Of a stretch of DNA of 64,000 nt, positions 46,820-56,165 are shown piece by piece. A program made the translations under genes and the position numbers. The stretch is taken from NCBI GenBank assembly GCA_041497335.1, contig JBGQGG010000028.1:7586-71585 (forward strand). Reading direction: 5' to 3'. Every line of letters starts with the position of its first letter. Within the stretch, counting starts at the first letter, position 1. The notes under the pieces were generated by a model. That model saw nothing but the letters and a program-made list of their open reading frames with translations. It searched no databases and was not told the origin of the DNA. This stretch comes from Pyrinomonadaceae bacterium (GTDB lineage: Bacteria > Acidobacteriota > Blastocatellia > Pyrinomonadales > Pyrinomonadaceae).

Positions 46820-47584
46820 CTAAACCGGATTAATGATCACAATCTCAGTCCCCGGTTGCTCTCGCAGGCTGTCGACGAATGTGTCAATCTCTGACGCGAT
46901 CTTTTCGTCGGTCAGTTCCTGGTCGATCCGGCTGCGCGCCTGATCGAGAGTGGGAACGATCTTACCGCTGTTACGGAGCGGAGCATATTCCTGATTGTAC
47001 CGGTCGGTTATTTCCTTCTGGCTAATCAGCACGAAAGCGCGAAAACGAAAGTCGAGATACTTTTCCACCGTTACCCGTTCGCGCAGAATCGCGTTCAACT
47101 GATCACTGGTCAGGCCCGCGCGAATCATGCGCTCCTCCAACTTGGGCCGCGATCCAAACGCCTGCGTCAGCTCGGTGAGCTTTTGTGCGACCGCCTTATC
47201 AAAGTCCTGCCGTGCTTGTTCGGTGTCGGCGATCGGCAGCTTTCTCCCTTCCTGCAGGATCAAGAGCTGATCTTCCAGGAGACGCAAAGCGTGATTTAGT
47301 TCTTCCGAGCCGGGTCGTTCCACAAGCGGGCGGTCCGGCTCAAGCGCCAGTTGCCAGACAAGATCTGAGTAAGTGATCAAATCGGGCGTCGCGCGCGAGC
47401 CATTGGTAACGCTGGCAACCATCTTGTCGACGACGGTCTGGGCGCGAGCTTCGGTGAGCAGTGAGCAGTGAGCAGTGAGCAGTAGAAAAATAAGAGTGAG
47501 CAGTGTGCAGTGTGCAGTAAGCAGTGAACGAACTCGACTTCGCAGCGTTGGTTCTTGTTGGGCTTTGGGACTATTAGCTTGCAT
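46820..47584 (-). CDS. SurA-N-like periplasmic chaperone (no PPIase domain seen)
   Basis: 254 aa. Signal peptide, VDKMVASVTNG...ITYSDL. Helical SurA N-domain-like sequence located directly downstream of bamA. Confidence 0.65.
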   Translation of the reverse strand: MQANSPKAQQEPTLRSRVRSLLTAHCTLLTLIFLLLTAHCSLLTEARAQTVVDKMVASVTNGSRATPDLITYSDLVWQLALEPDRPLVERPGSEELNHALRLLEDQLLILQEGRKLPIADTEQARQDFDKAVAQKLTELTQAFGSRPKLEERMIRAGLTSDQLNAILRERVTVEKYLDFRFRAFVLISQKEITDRYNQEYAPLRNSGKIVPTLDQARSRIDQELTDEKIASEIDTFVDSLREQPGTEIVIINPV

Positions 47585-47655
47585 TAACCCGTCCTCTCGT
47601 TTGCCTCTTAATTGTTCTTAACTGCTCTTAACTGCTCACCGCCCACTGCTCACCC
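47453..47655. repeat. stutter palindrome (GTGAGCAG units) bracketing the chaperone start codon
   Basis: (GTGAGCA)n and GTGCAGT units at 47453-47529, opposed to CTTAACTGCTCTTAACTGCTCACCGCCCACTGCTCACCC at 47605-47655. Confidence 0.8.
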
Positions 47656-47658
47656 GAT

Positions 47659-50600
47659 TTAGAACGTTTGCGTGAAACGAAACTGAAACTGGCCCTGGTG
47701 CAGCTGGTAGATCGCCGTTGATGGCGAATTCGTATTCAGGTTCTGTGGAATCAAAAACCTCGAAGGGTTCATCAGAAAGCCGTAGTCAACCGCCAGGGCG
47801 CCGCCCAACGGCGTCTTGAGCCGAAAACCCAGCCCGAGGGTGTGACTCCAACGCACGCGCAGATTCTGAGCGTTAACATCATCCACGAAATTTCCGGTGC
47901 GAGTGATCGGCTTGGGATGGAAGACATCGCTGAGACTGCGAAACACGTTGCCGCCATCGTAAAACGGCACGACCTGCAAATCTCTGGTGACCGGTACGCG
48001 AGCTTCCAGGTTCATTAGGACCATCGCATTCCCCCCGATCGGGACGGTAAAGGGGTTCAGCCCGATTAGTTTTCCCTGGCGGTTGCGAAACTGTCCTTGC
48101 GGAACGACGACCTGGCGCGGTCCTGCTTCTTCATATCCGAATCCGCGCAGAGTAGTCGAGCCGCCCGAGAAGAACCGTTCGCTGATGGGCAGCAGCAGAT
48201 CGAAATCGTCGATTCGACCATTGCCGTTAAGGTCGCGTGGATTAGACAATTTTGCCAGGCCCAGAGTCAGATTGCCGGCGAACACAGTGTTTCGCGCCCG
48301 CGCGACTTTGTAATAAGTGTGATAGGTTGTCTGAAACCGCATCAGCGACGTGTTGCCACCCAACGCGCGCGCGGCAATTTTGTAATCCGCCGACAGAAAC
48401 TGTCCGCGAGTCACATCGGTTTGGTTGTAGCGACATACTTCGCCCCCGCGAATCGTTTCTTCCTCTCCCGCGATACTGCCGGGCAGCCGCCGCTCGCAAC
48501 GCTGGCGCGTGTCATAGACGAAGGAGGCCCCAAGGCCCGAGAGCCGCACCACCTGATCAGGCTGCAGGATGGGTTGAAGCAAAAGGCTCTCAACATTGCG
48601 CAAGCGCACGTCTTCGTACTTGTAGCCCAGCAACAGCAGGCTATGCGATTTTTGACTCAGCACTCTCTGGGTTTCAATGCTGAACGTGACCCGGTCGATG
48701 GTTGGCTCGCCCACCCGGTTTCCCAGCACGTCGATCGGATTTCCTTTCTCGTCGAGACGCTGCACGACGCCAAAGGTGCCGCGGTCGATAGTTGAGCGAA
48801 AGAAACGCGTAATGGTTGAATCGCGCAGGTACTGCGCCGAAATGGCCAGGGGAGCAAATTGTTTCTTGCCATAATGGAGATAACGCGGGTCGAGGAATTC
48901 GAAGCGGACCAATTGTTGACGTTGACTGGCGCGTATGCGAATTGCGGCCTGGCGCAGCTTGTTCATGAAGTTGACGTTGGTCAGCTCCAGCAGGCCGAGC
49001 ACTCCGGTGTCGGTTGAATAACCGCCGCCGTATTCAATTACCCGTGGTCTCTTTTCTTCCACGTCTATGATCACGTCGTACTTCCTGGCGCCACCGGGCG
49101 CGTCGCCGGCCGGCTGCTGGCTAATCAACACCTGGCGAAACGCGTCGGTGACGTAAAGCGCGCGTTCGGCTTCAGTGATGCGATCCGCGCGGAGCAGGTC
49201 GCCTTCAGAAAGCGGAATCGCGCGAATGATGGCCTCGCGCTTCGATCGCTGGACCTCAGCGCTGCCGGTCACCCCATTGATGATGATCTCGTTGACTATC
49301 GCCCGGGCGCCTTCCCTGGCAACGTTGAAGACGACGCGCACTTGCTCGTCCTCGCCCTTCTTCGGCAGGTCGTCAATCGAAGGCTGCACTTCTGATTCTA
49401 TATAGCCTTCGCGCGCGTAGAGATTAAGCAGTTGGTCATTGTCGGCGCGCACCTGCGCCGGCGAGTAAGGCGCATCTTTGATGGTGTTGATCTCCTGAAG
49501 CAAGCGCGCTTCGGGAAAAGCCGTTTCGCCGCGAATTTCAATCTCAGCCACGCGCGTGAGCGCTTTTTCTTCGACATTGAAAGTAATGATCAGGCTGTCA
49601 CCGGTAGGCGAGATCCCTTGCAGCACGGTGACATCATTGCGTCGATAACCGAGGTTCTTCATGTGCGCTCTGATGGTGCGGCGGTCCTCTTCCAGTATTG
49701 CAGTGCTGGTAAACCCGCGTCCGTAGCCGCCGAGAAAGGGAATGAATCCGATGGCGCTGGCTTTCTGGGATTTCAATTCGGCCTGCACGTCGGCGAAGGT
49801 CAGCTTATTGGTCCCGGTAATGCGTATGTCGGTCAATTTCAGACGCCGCTTGAGATCTACGTCATAGACTATCTTGACCGTACTACCGTTGAGGTCAGCC
49901 GGATTCAGATTCTCGCATGTTTCTCTTGTTCCGTTATCGACAGTGCCCGGCGTGGGTGGGGTGACGGTGCAGAGCGGAGTCACCTCAGAGAAGAAATAAC
50001 CCTGCTCCTGAAGTTTGTTGCGCACGCGGCGGGCGCCTTCCTCGAGCACTGAAATATCAATGTTTCCTTCGCGCTTAATTGGCAGCAGTTCTCGTTGCTT
50101 CTTGTCGCTCAGACTGTGATGTCTGAACTCTACCTCGACCTTTGGGCCCCGCCTGCCTTTCAACTCGATGCTTATCGCATTCTTCTCGGAATCGAATTCA
50201 ACCTTGGGATCGTCAAGCAGGGGAGCCAGGTAACTCTTCGCGATGAGTGCCTGCTTAATTGTGTTGAGATCGTCACCGAGAGTTTCCCGCGTGAACAGAG
50301 CACCCGGCTGGAGTTTTAGAGTGGGACGGACCGCCTGCAAGTCAACGGCCGGTTGGATCTCGATGTTGAATTCGGAGACACGCGAAGGCGCGCCTGGCGT
50401 GATGGTGTAGACCACTCTGCGCCTGGTGCCTGTACTGTCCGACGGATCAGGTTCTTCCGTGTGCTCGACGCTGGCATTGTAATAACCACGGTCACGCAGA
50501 TAAGCCTGAATCTCATCGGCGTTGCGTTCGATTGCCGGGATCGATAAGCGACGCCCGGGCTCGAGCAGATTCAAACGCGCGCGGATTTCGTCTCTGGCGA

Positions 50601-51048
50601 TCGGTGTTCCGGCGGTCGGACCGATCCTCAAGCTCACGCCGGCGATTACAATCTGTCGCTGGACAAGGAAACGCACGCGCACTGGACTGTTGCGCCCACC
50701 AGGTTGAACTTCGACGATTTCAATTCGTGCCGAGGCTATGCGGCCTGAGCCGAAAAGCTCGTGCAGCGACTGGCGAGCATTTACCGCTGAATATTCTCCG
50801 CCCGGAAAAATCTTCAAAAGGGATTGGAACTCAGCCTGGGCAGATGGGTCAGGCGGTGAGCCTTCCAGGACCATTTCGACGGCCGCTACCGGCCGCCCCT
50901 CATAGTCGCCAACCTGTGCGAACGCTGTCTGGCTGACAGTGAGCAGCAAGAGTAGGCAGTAGGCAGTAGGCAGAAGGCAGAAAACCTGAAAACACCTCCT
51001 GCTCGCTGCCTTCTGCTTTCTGCTTACTGCCTTCTGCCTCTTATTCAC
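47659..51048 (-). CDS. bamA: outer membrane protein assembly factor BamA, extended POTRA region
   Basis: 1129 aa, GTG start. POTRA-like repeats, Omp85 barrel, C-terminal beta-signal FQFRFTQTF. Confidence 0.9.
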   Translation of the reverse strand: MNKRQKAVSRKQKAASRRCFQVFCLLPTAYCLLLLLTVSQTAFAQVGDYEGRPVAAVEMVLEGSPPDPSAQAEFQSLLKIFPGGEYSAVNARQSLHELFGSGRIASARIEIVEVQPGGRNSPVRVRFLVQRQIVIAGVSLRIGPTAGTPIARDEIRARLNLLEPGRRLSIPAIERNADEIQAYLRDRGYYNASVEHTEEPDPSDSTGTRRRVVYTITPGAPSRVSEFNIEIQPAVDLQAVRPTLKLQPGALFTRETLGDDLNTIKQALIAKSYLAPLLDDPKVEFDSEKNAISIELKGRRGPKVEVEFRHHSLSDKKQRELLPIKREGNIDISVLEEGARRVRNKLQEQGYFFSEVTPLCTVTPPTPGTVDNGTRETCENLNPADLNGSTVKIVYDVDLKRRLKLTDIRITGTNKLTFADVQAELKSQKASAIGFIPFLGGYGRGFTSTAILEEDRRTIRAHMKNLGYRRNDVTVLQGISPTGDSLIITFNVEEKALTRVAEIEIRGETAFPEARLLQEINTIKDAPYSPAQVRADNDQLLNLYAREGYIESEVQPSIDDLPKKGEDEQVRVVFNVAREGARAIVNEIIINGVTGSAEVQRSKREAIIRAIPLSEGDLLRADRITEAERALYVTDAFRQVLISQQPAGDAPGGARKYDVIIDVEEKRPRVIEYGGGYSTDTGVLGLLELTNVNFMNKLRQAAIRIRASQRQQLVRFEFLDPRYLHYGKKQFAPLAISAQYLRDSTITRFFRSTIDRGTFGVVQRLDEKGNPIDVLGNRVGEPTIDRVTFSIETQRVLSQKSHSLLLLGYKYEDVRLRNVESLLLQPILQPDQVVRLSGLGASFVYDTRQRCERRLPGSIAGEEETIRGGEVCRYNQTDVTRGQFLSADYKIAARALGGNTSLMRFQTTYHTYYKVARARNTVFAGNLTLGLAKLSNPRDLNGNGRIDDFDLLLPISERFFSGGSTTLRGFGYEEAGPRQVVVPQGQFRNRQGKLIGLNPFTVPIGGNAMVLMNLEARVPVTRDLQVVPFYDGGNVFRSLSDVFHPKPITRTGNFVDDVNAQNLRVRWSHTLGLGFRLKTPLGGALAVDYGFLMNPSRFLIPQNLNTNSPSTAIYQLHQGQFQFRFTQTF
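50941..51040. repeat. stutter palindrome (GGCAGTA / CTGCCTT units) inside the bamA 5' coding region
   Basis: GAGCAGCAAGAGTAGGCAGTAGGCAGTAGGCAGAAGGCAG opposed to CTGCTCGCTGCCTTCTGCTTTCTGCTTACTGCCTTCTGCCTC. Confidence 0.8.
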
Positions 51049-51068
51049 TCGGTTGAATCCGCCGGTAA

Positions 51069-54000
51069 TCAGAATCTTTTCCGGAATCTGATCTCAAAAC
51101 TATAGTTGTTGTTCCGCGTGCTCAGATTTCTGGTCGAGCCTTGTTCGTATTCGGCGACAAATGAAAGCCGGTTCGACACGCGGTACTCGACCGCGAGGAC
51201 CTGGTTCGGATCCGAAGCGATGTTCGTCGAGTATGTAACCACCAGGTCCTTGCTGATTCGCCGCGCCGCGGTCAGACGCGCTGTCGGCGTCGAACCCGTT
51301 CCGGCTATTACCGGACTGATTTCCAGCCGGCTAAGGCCAAACAGTTTGTTCGTGGCTTTTGAAATCGGCGCGTTAATCAACGCATCGGTCAGTAAGCTGG
51401 CCGCGGTACCCAGGCCCGATTGCGCCAGGACCGATGTGCTGACGTCGGTTGACGACAACGTGCCCGTCAAAATAAGTGAAACAACGTCTGCCTGTGGCAG
51501 CGCCGGCTCCGAGCTGACGTTCGTCTGCGGGTGCGAGAGCGGTCCTTCCAGCAGGGCCGTTACGCGATACCCGCGAATCACCGCCTGCGCCTCGATGTTC
51601 AAAACCGGATCGGCGCCCAGGCGTGCCGGAAAATAAATCAGACCTCGGGTGATCTCGTACGGGGTGTTGCGAAAATTCAGAGTGCCGCGTGTGGCCGTGA
51701 CGCGACCTTCGATGATTGGATCCTTAATGGGGCCATTGAGCTCGAGCGATACCGAGGCGATCAGATCGCCCAGGTTGTTCCGCATTATCAAGGCATTGCG
51801 ACCTTCGACCCGCAGCTTGTCGAACACGGCAGTCTGGGCAAATCTGAACTCGCTGCCTTCTTCAATCGAAGTCTGCGGACGTTGATTGATTAGTTGGTCG
51901 AGAAGAATCTCCTTTGTGTATTCCGTGCGGCGCACCTGGACGTTGCCGCGGACGAATTGGATCTGCTGGTTGCCGCGTAGTTCCAGGTCGGCATCAACCG
52001 TCGAACGAAAGTCCCGCGGATAATTAACCGTGATTTTATCTCCATGAATGTTGAAGAGAAACTGCGAGACTGAAAAGCCGGCGAGTTGGGCGCCACCGGT
52101 CGCGCTTATTTTTCCGCCGCCCAGGGTACCGGTGAGTTTCTCAATTTGCGCCTGGCTGGAATTGAAAAGAATTACTCCATCGAGGTTCGCGAGTTGAACG
52201 CGTTGGTCCCCAAACAAAACGGAAACCGACGCTCCGTTAACTGAAGCGCGGCCTGTCACGCGCTGGTTTTCGTAAGTGCCAAGGACATTAATCGCCAACA
52301 CTGCAATTCCTGAAGAGAAGACATCGGGGGAAACGCTGCTGAGAATGCGAAGATTAATTTGGCCGTTAACCGCCAGGGTGTTGTGACCCCCGGACGCTGT
52401 GGCCAAGGCTCCGTCCACCTTGACGTTCGTGCCCTGGCCGGTGAATCTCGTCTCATGAAAGTTCACTTCGTTGGGTTCGAAATCAATTACCAGCGGAGCG
52501 GCCGCAGAGAGCATTACGTCCTCGACCCTGACAGACAGCTCGGTAAAGCTCGCGGTTCCCGTCAAGCCTTTGTATGAAAAAGCTTCTTCGCCTTCTTCAT
52601 TTTCATTCATCAGGTCGCCGCTCAGCTTGAGCGTGCCGGTCGCGCGGCCCGTGACCACAGCGTCGGTTTCCGGCAACAGGATTTTGAAGACCTGCGTCAG
52701 GTCGGCGCCCGCGATGGTTGATTCGACTACCGCGGGAAGTTTTTCATTCGAGAGATCGACGCGGGTGGTGACCACCTGCGGCAGTGGTCCCAGCAGGCCC
52801 GTGGTCGTAAAAGTTATGTTGAGTTGCTTATTCTCAGTGCGGCCAACCAGCGTCACCGTCCCGGCAGAATGCCCATCGATGGTCACATCGCTGCTGGCGG
52901 CGTCGAAAGTGATCTGGTAAGTCGAAGCATCCGTGAACACGCCGGAAGCCTTTAACTCCTTGATTACTGCGGTCCCGGTTAGCTTTGGTAAGGTCGGGCG
53001 TTTGGCGAAAGCTTCGAGTCGATCCAGTTGCACTCGATCGCCGCTGGCCGTGAGTTCGAAAACTTTTGTTTGAGTGTCGAACTTGCCGTTGCCGGTGAGA
53101 TGACCGGCATTGAAATTCGCATCGACCTTATCCACGGCCACGGTCGAGCCGCTGAACGTGGCGTGCGCAGTCAGGTTTTGCAGCGGCTCTCCGCCGAGTC
53201 TTCCCTGACCAAAACGTAAATCGGCAGTACCGCTCATCTGGTTTGGCGCGCCGCTAATCTTCAAAGTGCCGGAAACGTCCGCCTCGGTATCGCCAAGCTG
53301 CTCGCGCAGGTCTTTCTTTGGCAGCGCGGCAATCAGATTGCCGGCATTCATTCGATCGAGAGTTGCGTCGATCGAAATGTTGTCTTTGCCGGCGCGCGGC
53401 ATAACCATCGCGAATCGAGCACCGCCGCCGTTAGCCTGGACCAACCGGCCCTCGCTAATTCGTGTCTCGGTTGCTGTCGATGAAACACTCGCGGTCAGAG
53501 AGCCCAGGTCGCGTCCGTTCATGATCAAAGAGCCTAGCTCTGCATGGCCGCTGACTATCGGATCTTTCAGCGCACCATTCAGCGTGCCGTTGAAAGCCAG
53601 CTTACCGCCGAGGTCGATGCCGTACGTCCTGAACTGCTCCTCAATCTCTGGAATAGCGCCGGATGTGATCAGCAGACGCTGGAGTTCGGAAGCGTTAGAC
53701 GAAGCGACATCGATTCGAAGATTTGACGTGGGTTGCTCGATCGAGAACTGACCGCTCGCGGTCAGCTTCGTCGCCGCCGTTTGCAGGGTGGCGCGCTGAA
53801 TTTGGAACTGACCGTGATCGGCCGTGAGCGCCAGATCACCGGAAAGCGGAGCGAGATCGCTTCCCGCGGGAATCTCGCCTCTCATTTGTGCGTTCACATT
53901 GCCGGAGGCCGTGGCGAAATCGGTTCCCGAGAAAGTCAGATCGGCCTTTCCGGTTGCCTTACTGGCTATTGGTGCTGCGCGTCCCGACAGAACCGTGATC

Positions 54001-55958
54001 AAGCCTTTGAGATCGAAGTCCTTGAAGTCTGCATTGACTCGCGATGCGCCAGTCTTCTTAAGTGCGATCGTGGCGTTTCCGCTGGCGTGGCCATCCAGGG
54101 CCTCAGCAACGAAATTATTCACCTGGATCTGATCGCTCGTAGCGACGATTGCGGCGTGCGCCGGGCCGAGTTTCATCTGACCCAGAACTCCGCTGCCCAG
54201 GCTCAGGTCAGCACTGGCGCGATAGCGACCAGAGGGTTCGACGGTGAAGACCGGACGCGCAAGCTTCACATTTTCGGCGCGACCATCTTTTAGTGTGACC
54301 GAACCGGCGTTGATGTCATTGGTTGAACCTTCGACGCGACCGTTGCGAACTGTCAGGCGCACACCCGCGATGTTGATGCTGCCGGTCTGTGCGCCCAAAG
54401 CGTTTGCCTCGCCCACCTGAACTTCTTTGACGTCGATATTTGTTACGGTGCCGTTGCTTTTGACATCAATCGACTTAGCCGTCACGCCATTAATCGTCGT
54501 GTTCGCTGCTTCGATCTTGCCGGCTTTGGCGCTGGCGACCGTCGCGGTCGTAGTGCCGTTCCTTTCAACCTTCACCCGCAAGTCGGTGGCCTGGATTCCG
54601 TCTCGAACTTTCGCCGTAGATGACGTGAGACTGTTGCCCGTGAGTTGCGGTGCAGAGGCCGTTAGAACTCCGTCGCGATACTCAGCGCGGGCATCGCGCA
54701 AGATCAAACCTGTGATAGTTGTGCCGTAACCCTTCTCGGCCGCGGCGCGCAGTTCACCAACCCAACGAAAGTCCGCGCCCGTCCCCATCACTCCGCCGGT
54801 GAGCTGGACCGCATTGAGTTGAAAATCACCTGCGGTCAAAAGCTCAGCCACGGCGCGACCGTTGATGTCGTAAGACTTGCCCTGGCCCGATCCTCTGGCG
54901 GTGAGGTTCAGTCCCTGCAGGCGGACGCCATCTGCCGCCAGCGCGTCGGACTTGATGCCGCCCTCAACCTGAAAGCGATCGCCTTCGCCCGTAATCGTCC
55001 CGACAAAGTTACCGGCGCCGCGCATGGTTGTGCCGGTCTGCAAGATGTCTGAAGCCTGCGTGAGGTCCACCGTCGAAGTCACATTGAATTGATATTTCAA
55101 TGCCCGCCAGTCGTCCATCACGCCCTGGAGACGCGCCTCGGCGATCGGTGAACTGAGGGTCATTTCCTGGATCTCTGCGCGCGTTTGGTTGACGCGCCCG
55201 CGCGCTTCAATGTCGATGTTGTTAACCGGCCGGCCATCGTAAACAAAGGTGGAGTTGGTCGAGCTAAAGGTGACCGTATTCATCCAACTTGCGGCCGGGG
55301 CGCTGGTGTCGTCCGGTTGGATCGTCGCGCGCAGGTTCAGTGCTTCGCCCGACAGACTATGCAGCAGGTCGCCGTAATGAATGTGCGAGTTTTTTATTTC
55401 CAGGTGAGCAGTCGAATACGCGAACAGGATGCGCTTGTTCGGCTCGGGTGGTGGAACATGTATATTGCGGAAATTCGAGCGACCCTGGGCATCAAAATTT
55501 ACCCAGAGCTCCAGTCCTTCAATTTGCAGATCTTTCAAGTTGATATTGCGTCGCAGGTTCAGCGCGTAGAGATCTTCGATACGCACCGTGGCCAGCATGC
55601 GGCCGACCTTCCCAAGCTGCTCGCCCGTTTTGGCATCGTAGAGCTCGAGGCCAACCAGCTCGACTGTTTGCGGTGAAAGCGAAGTGTGAAACTCTTTGAT
55701 TTCTGCGCGGATACCATAATTCGAAAGCGTATCTTTGATCTGTGCGGCAATGTACCGATCGACATAGCCCAGCCGATAAGCGAGTAGGCCGATGAGGATG
55801 AGGGCGATCACACCAGCCGCGATAATGATCCCCGAGATCACGGCGTGGCGGCGCGTGAAACGTCTGAGGCCTCTGCGGAGCGCCCCGGGGCTTTGAGTTG
55901 GCTTCGGGCCGCCACTCGGGGCCGCGGCTGGATTATCGCGTTGGTTATCTACAGGCAT
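51069..55958 (-). CDS. tamB: translocation and assembly module protein TamB (DUF490 C-terminus)
   Basis: 1629 aa. N-terminal TM anchor, long beta-rich repetitive body, C-terminal ...YSFEIRFRKRF. Lies 20 nt upstream of bamA. Confidence 0.85.
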   Translation of the reverse strand: MPVDNQRDNPAAAPSGGPKPTQSPGALRRGLRRFTRRHAVISGIIIAAGVIALILIGLLAYRLGYVDRYIAAQIKDTLSNYGIRAEIKEFHTSLSPQTVELVGLELYDAKTGEQLGKVGRMLATVRIEDLYALNLRRNINLKDLQIEGLELWVNFDAQGRSNFRNIHVPPPEPNKRILFAYSTAHLEIKNSHIHYGDLLHSLSGEALNLRATIQPDDTSAPAASWMNTVTFSSTNSTFVYDGRPVNNIDIEARGRVNQTRAEIQEMTLSSPIAEARLQGVMDDWRALKYQFNVTSTVDLTQASDILQTGTTMRGAGNFVGTITGEGDRFQVEGGIKSDALAADGVRLQGLNLTARGSGQGKSYDINGRAVAELLTAGDFQLNAVQLTGGVMGTGADFRWVGELRAAAEKGYGTTITGLILRDARAEYRDGVLTASAPQLTGNSLTSSTAKVRDGIQATDLRVKVERNGTTTATVASAKAGKIEAANTTINGVTAKSIDVKSNGTVTNIDVKEVQVGEANALGAQTGSINIAGVRLTVRNGRVEGSTNDINAGSVTLKDGRAENVKLARPVFTVEPSGRYRASADLSLGSGVLGQMKLGPAHAAIVATSDQIQVNNFVAEALDGHASGNATIALKKTGASRVNADFKDFDLKGLITVLSGRAAPIASKATGKADLTFSGTDFATASGNVNAQMRGEIPAGSDLAPLSGDLALTADHGQFQIQRATLQTAATKLTASGQFSIEQPTSNLRIDVASSNASELQRLLITSGAIPEIEEQFRTYGIDLGGKLAFNGTLNGALKDPIVSGHAELGSLIMNGRDLGSLTASVSSTATETRISEGRLVQANGGGARFAMVMPRAGKDNISIDATLDRMNAGNLIAALPKKDLREQLGDTEADVSGTLKISGAPNQMSGTADLRFGQGRLGGEPLQNLTAHATFSGSTVAVDKVDANFNAGHLTGNGKFDTQTKVFELTASGDRVQLDRLEAFAKRPTLPKLTGTAVIKELKASGVFTDASTYQITFDAASSDVTIDGHSAGTVTLVGRTENKQLNITFTTTGLLGPLPQVVTTRVDLSNEKLPAVVESTIAGADLTQVFKILLPETDAVVTGRATGTLKLSGDLMNENEEGEEAFSYKGLTGTASFTELSVRVEDVMLSAAAPLVIDFEPNEVNFHETRFTGQGTNVKVDGALATASGGHNTLAVNGQINLRILSSVSPDVFSSGIAVLAINVLGTYENQRVTGRASVNGASVSVLFGDQRVQLANLDGVILFNSSQAQIEKLTGTLGGGKISATGGAQLAGFSVSQFLFNIHGDKITVNYPRDFRSTVDADLELRGNQQIQFVRGNVQVRRTEYTKEILLDQLINQRPQTSIEEGSEFRFAQTAVFDKLRVEGRNALIMRNNLGDLIASVSLELNGPIKDPIIEGRVTATRGTLNFRNTPYEITRGLIYFPARLGADPVLNIEAQAVIRGYRVTALLEGPLSHPQTNVSSEPALPQADVVSLILTGTLSSTDVSTSVLAQSGLGTAASLLTDALINAPISKATNKLFGLSRLEISPVIAGTGSTPTARLTAARRISKDLVVTYSTNIASDPNQVLAVEYRVSNRLSFVAEYEQGSTRNLSTRNNNYSFEIRFRKRF

Positions 55959-56052
55959 TGGCGCAAGCCGCGTGTCTGAGATCTCAAATTGATTTCAGAT
56001 CGATGGGCGGCTCCCATCATAGCTTCAAATTGTTTTGAGGGAGAGCCAGAAG

Positions 56053-56140
56053 CAGAGGTCAGAAAACAGAGGTCAGAGGTCAGTCGTCATCGCTAGTTGA
56101 GCATCTGACCTCTGACATCCGATCTCTGACCTCCGATCTG
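56053..56140. repeat. stutter palindrome (CAGAGGTCAG units) between ribBA and tamB
   Basis: CAGAGGTCAGAAAACAGAGGTCAGAGGTCAG opposed to CTGACCTCTGACATCCGATCTCTGACCTCCGATCTG. Confidence 0.8.
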
Positions 56141-56165
56141 TTTGTAAACTGAAAGCGGGGGAAAT

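Noticed and set aside
47453-47529. Short tandem repeats (GTGAGCA)n and similar runs as a possible CRISPR array
   Set aside because: The units are 7-8 nt with no spacers, they form palindrome arms, and no cas genes are present.
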